Shown here: one piece after another, positions 63,280 through 64,000 of the stretch | Numbering within the stretch: position 1 is the stretch's first letter | How the letters are laid out: each line of letters opens with the position of its first letter | Assembly: GCA_050575255.1 (NCBI GenBank) | Contig: JBNZDD010013683.1 | Span: 2,907,928-2,971,927, forward strand | Source: Harriotta raleighana | Taxonomy: Eukaryota | DNA: 64,000 nt | Reading direction: 5' to 3' | The notes under the pieces: model-generated | What the model was told of the DNA's origin: nothing | Seen by the model: only the letters and a program-made list of their open reading frames with translations | Databases searched by the model: none | Position numbers and translations under genes: made by a program

Positions 63280-63610
63280 TGCACAAGCTATTACAGCTCC
63301 CTCCACTCAGCGGGCTATGGCATACTTCAGGTTCCCCCCCGCTTTGCCCGCCCCACTCAGCCCCCAACCCACAGTCCCGACACCTCACCGATTCCCTCGC
63401 CTTCTTCCAAACACATCTCAAAACCTGTCTCAAGAACCTCCTCTTCAAACATGCCTTCGGACAGCCCCCTTCCCCACCTGCCCTCCACCCTCCATTATCC
63501 GCCCCGGTTTGGATCCGAAACATTTTTTGTCACGCTCCTTGGGATCTCCTCCCGATGTGAAAGCTGCCATACAAATGTAATTTTGTGTTTGTTGGTTGTT
63601 GTTGTTACTT
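63280..63610 (+). mobile_element. L2-type LINE 3' end
   Basis: SLHSAGYGILQVP and FFQTHLKT..LLFKHAF (L2 ORF2 terminus), then CTTGGGATCTCCTCCCGATGTGAAAG..ATGTAATTTTG(TTG)n. Confidence 0.7.
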
Positions 63611-64000
63611 ATGGTGGTGTTTTATGGGTTAATTAGGATGTCCTACTGCCAATAAATTTGCAACTTAAAAAGCAAAGGATGGCTCTATACTTCATCTCAG
63701 GTAATTAAAGGAATGTGCCATTTGTAAGACCAAATCAATTTAATTGAAACTCTGAATATAGTTGACGAAGAGTGTTCAAATTAACTCAATTCATTCTAAC
63801 AAGTTACCCAACTCAGCTGCAGATGGCATCTTAAAATCTTTTTTGAATTACTGTACTGCATGAAATCATTACAGGAATTAGCCTAGTCGGTACTGGAGTG
63901 GGTTAGTGAATATAAATAATAAATATATAGTCCTGATGGCAGCCAATTTGCACGTAGCAGTGAAGCACAAACTGTCCGAAGACAAATTGACCAATTTATC

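Noticed and set aside
147-63636. The 60-140 aa ORFs of the supplied track taken as standalone genes
   Set aside because: Most start at non-ATG codons and are chance or repeat-derived. Only those overlapping the pseudogene exons carry signal.

Overview
AT-rich vertebrate genomic DNA. The tRNA-head/Deu-domain/L2-tail SINE, CR1/L2 fragments and LF-SINE-like repeats point to a cartilaginous fish, probably a chimaera such as Callorhinchus (inference). The window has no long intact ORF. The main result is a decayed multi-exon DNMT1-like gene on the minus strand at about 1.8-39.3 kb. Read across frameshifts and stops, GT-AG-bounded segments give the DNMT1 domains in their correct order: DMAP1-binding, RFTS, BAH1, BAH2 and C5-methyltransferase motifs. 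The gene also appears to carry a ~10 kb unrelated coding-like exon after the DMAP1 domain and a possible C-terminal extension. Its catalytic motifs are degenerate, so it may be the fossil of a divergent, possibly catalytically dead DNMT1 paralogue. Upstream on the same strand is the 3' end of an unidentified gene: a 45-nt exon and a terminal exon with a ~4.6 kb SINE-free 3' UTR. The rest is SINEs, LINE fragments, Tc1/mariner-pogo MITEs and single-N assembly overlaps. All protein comparisons are by-eye alignments to DNMT1 sequence recalled from memory; no search was run.
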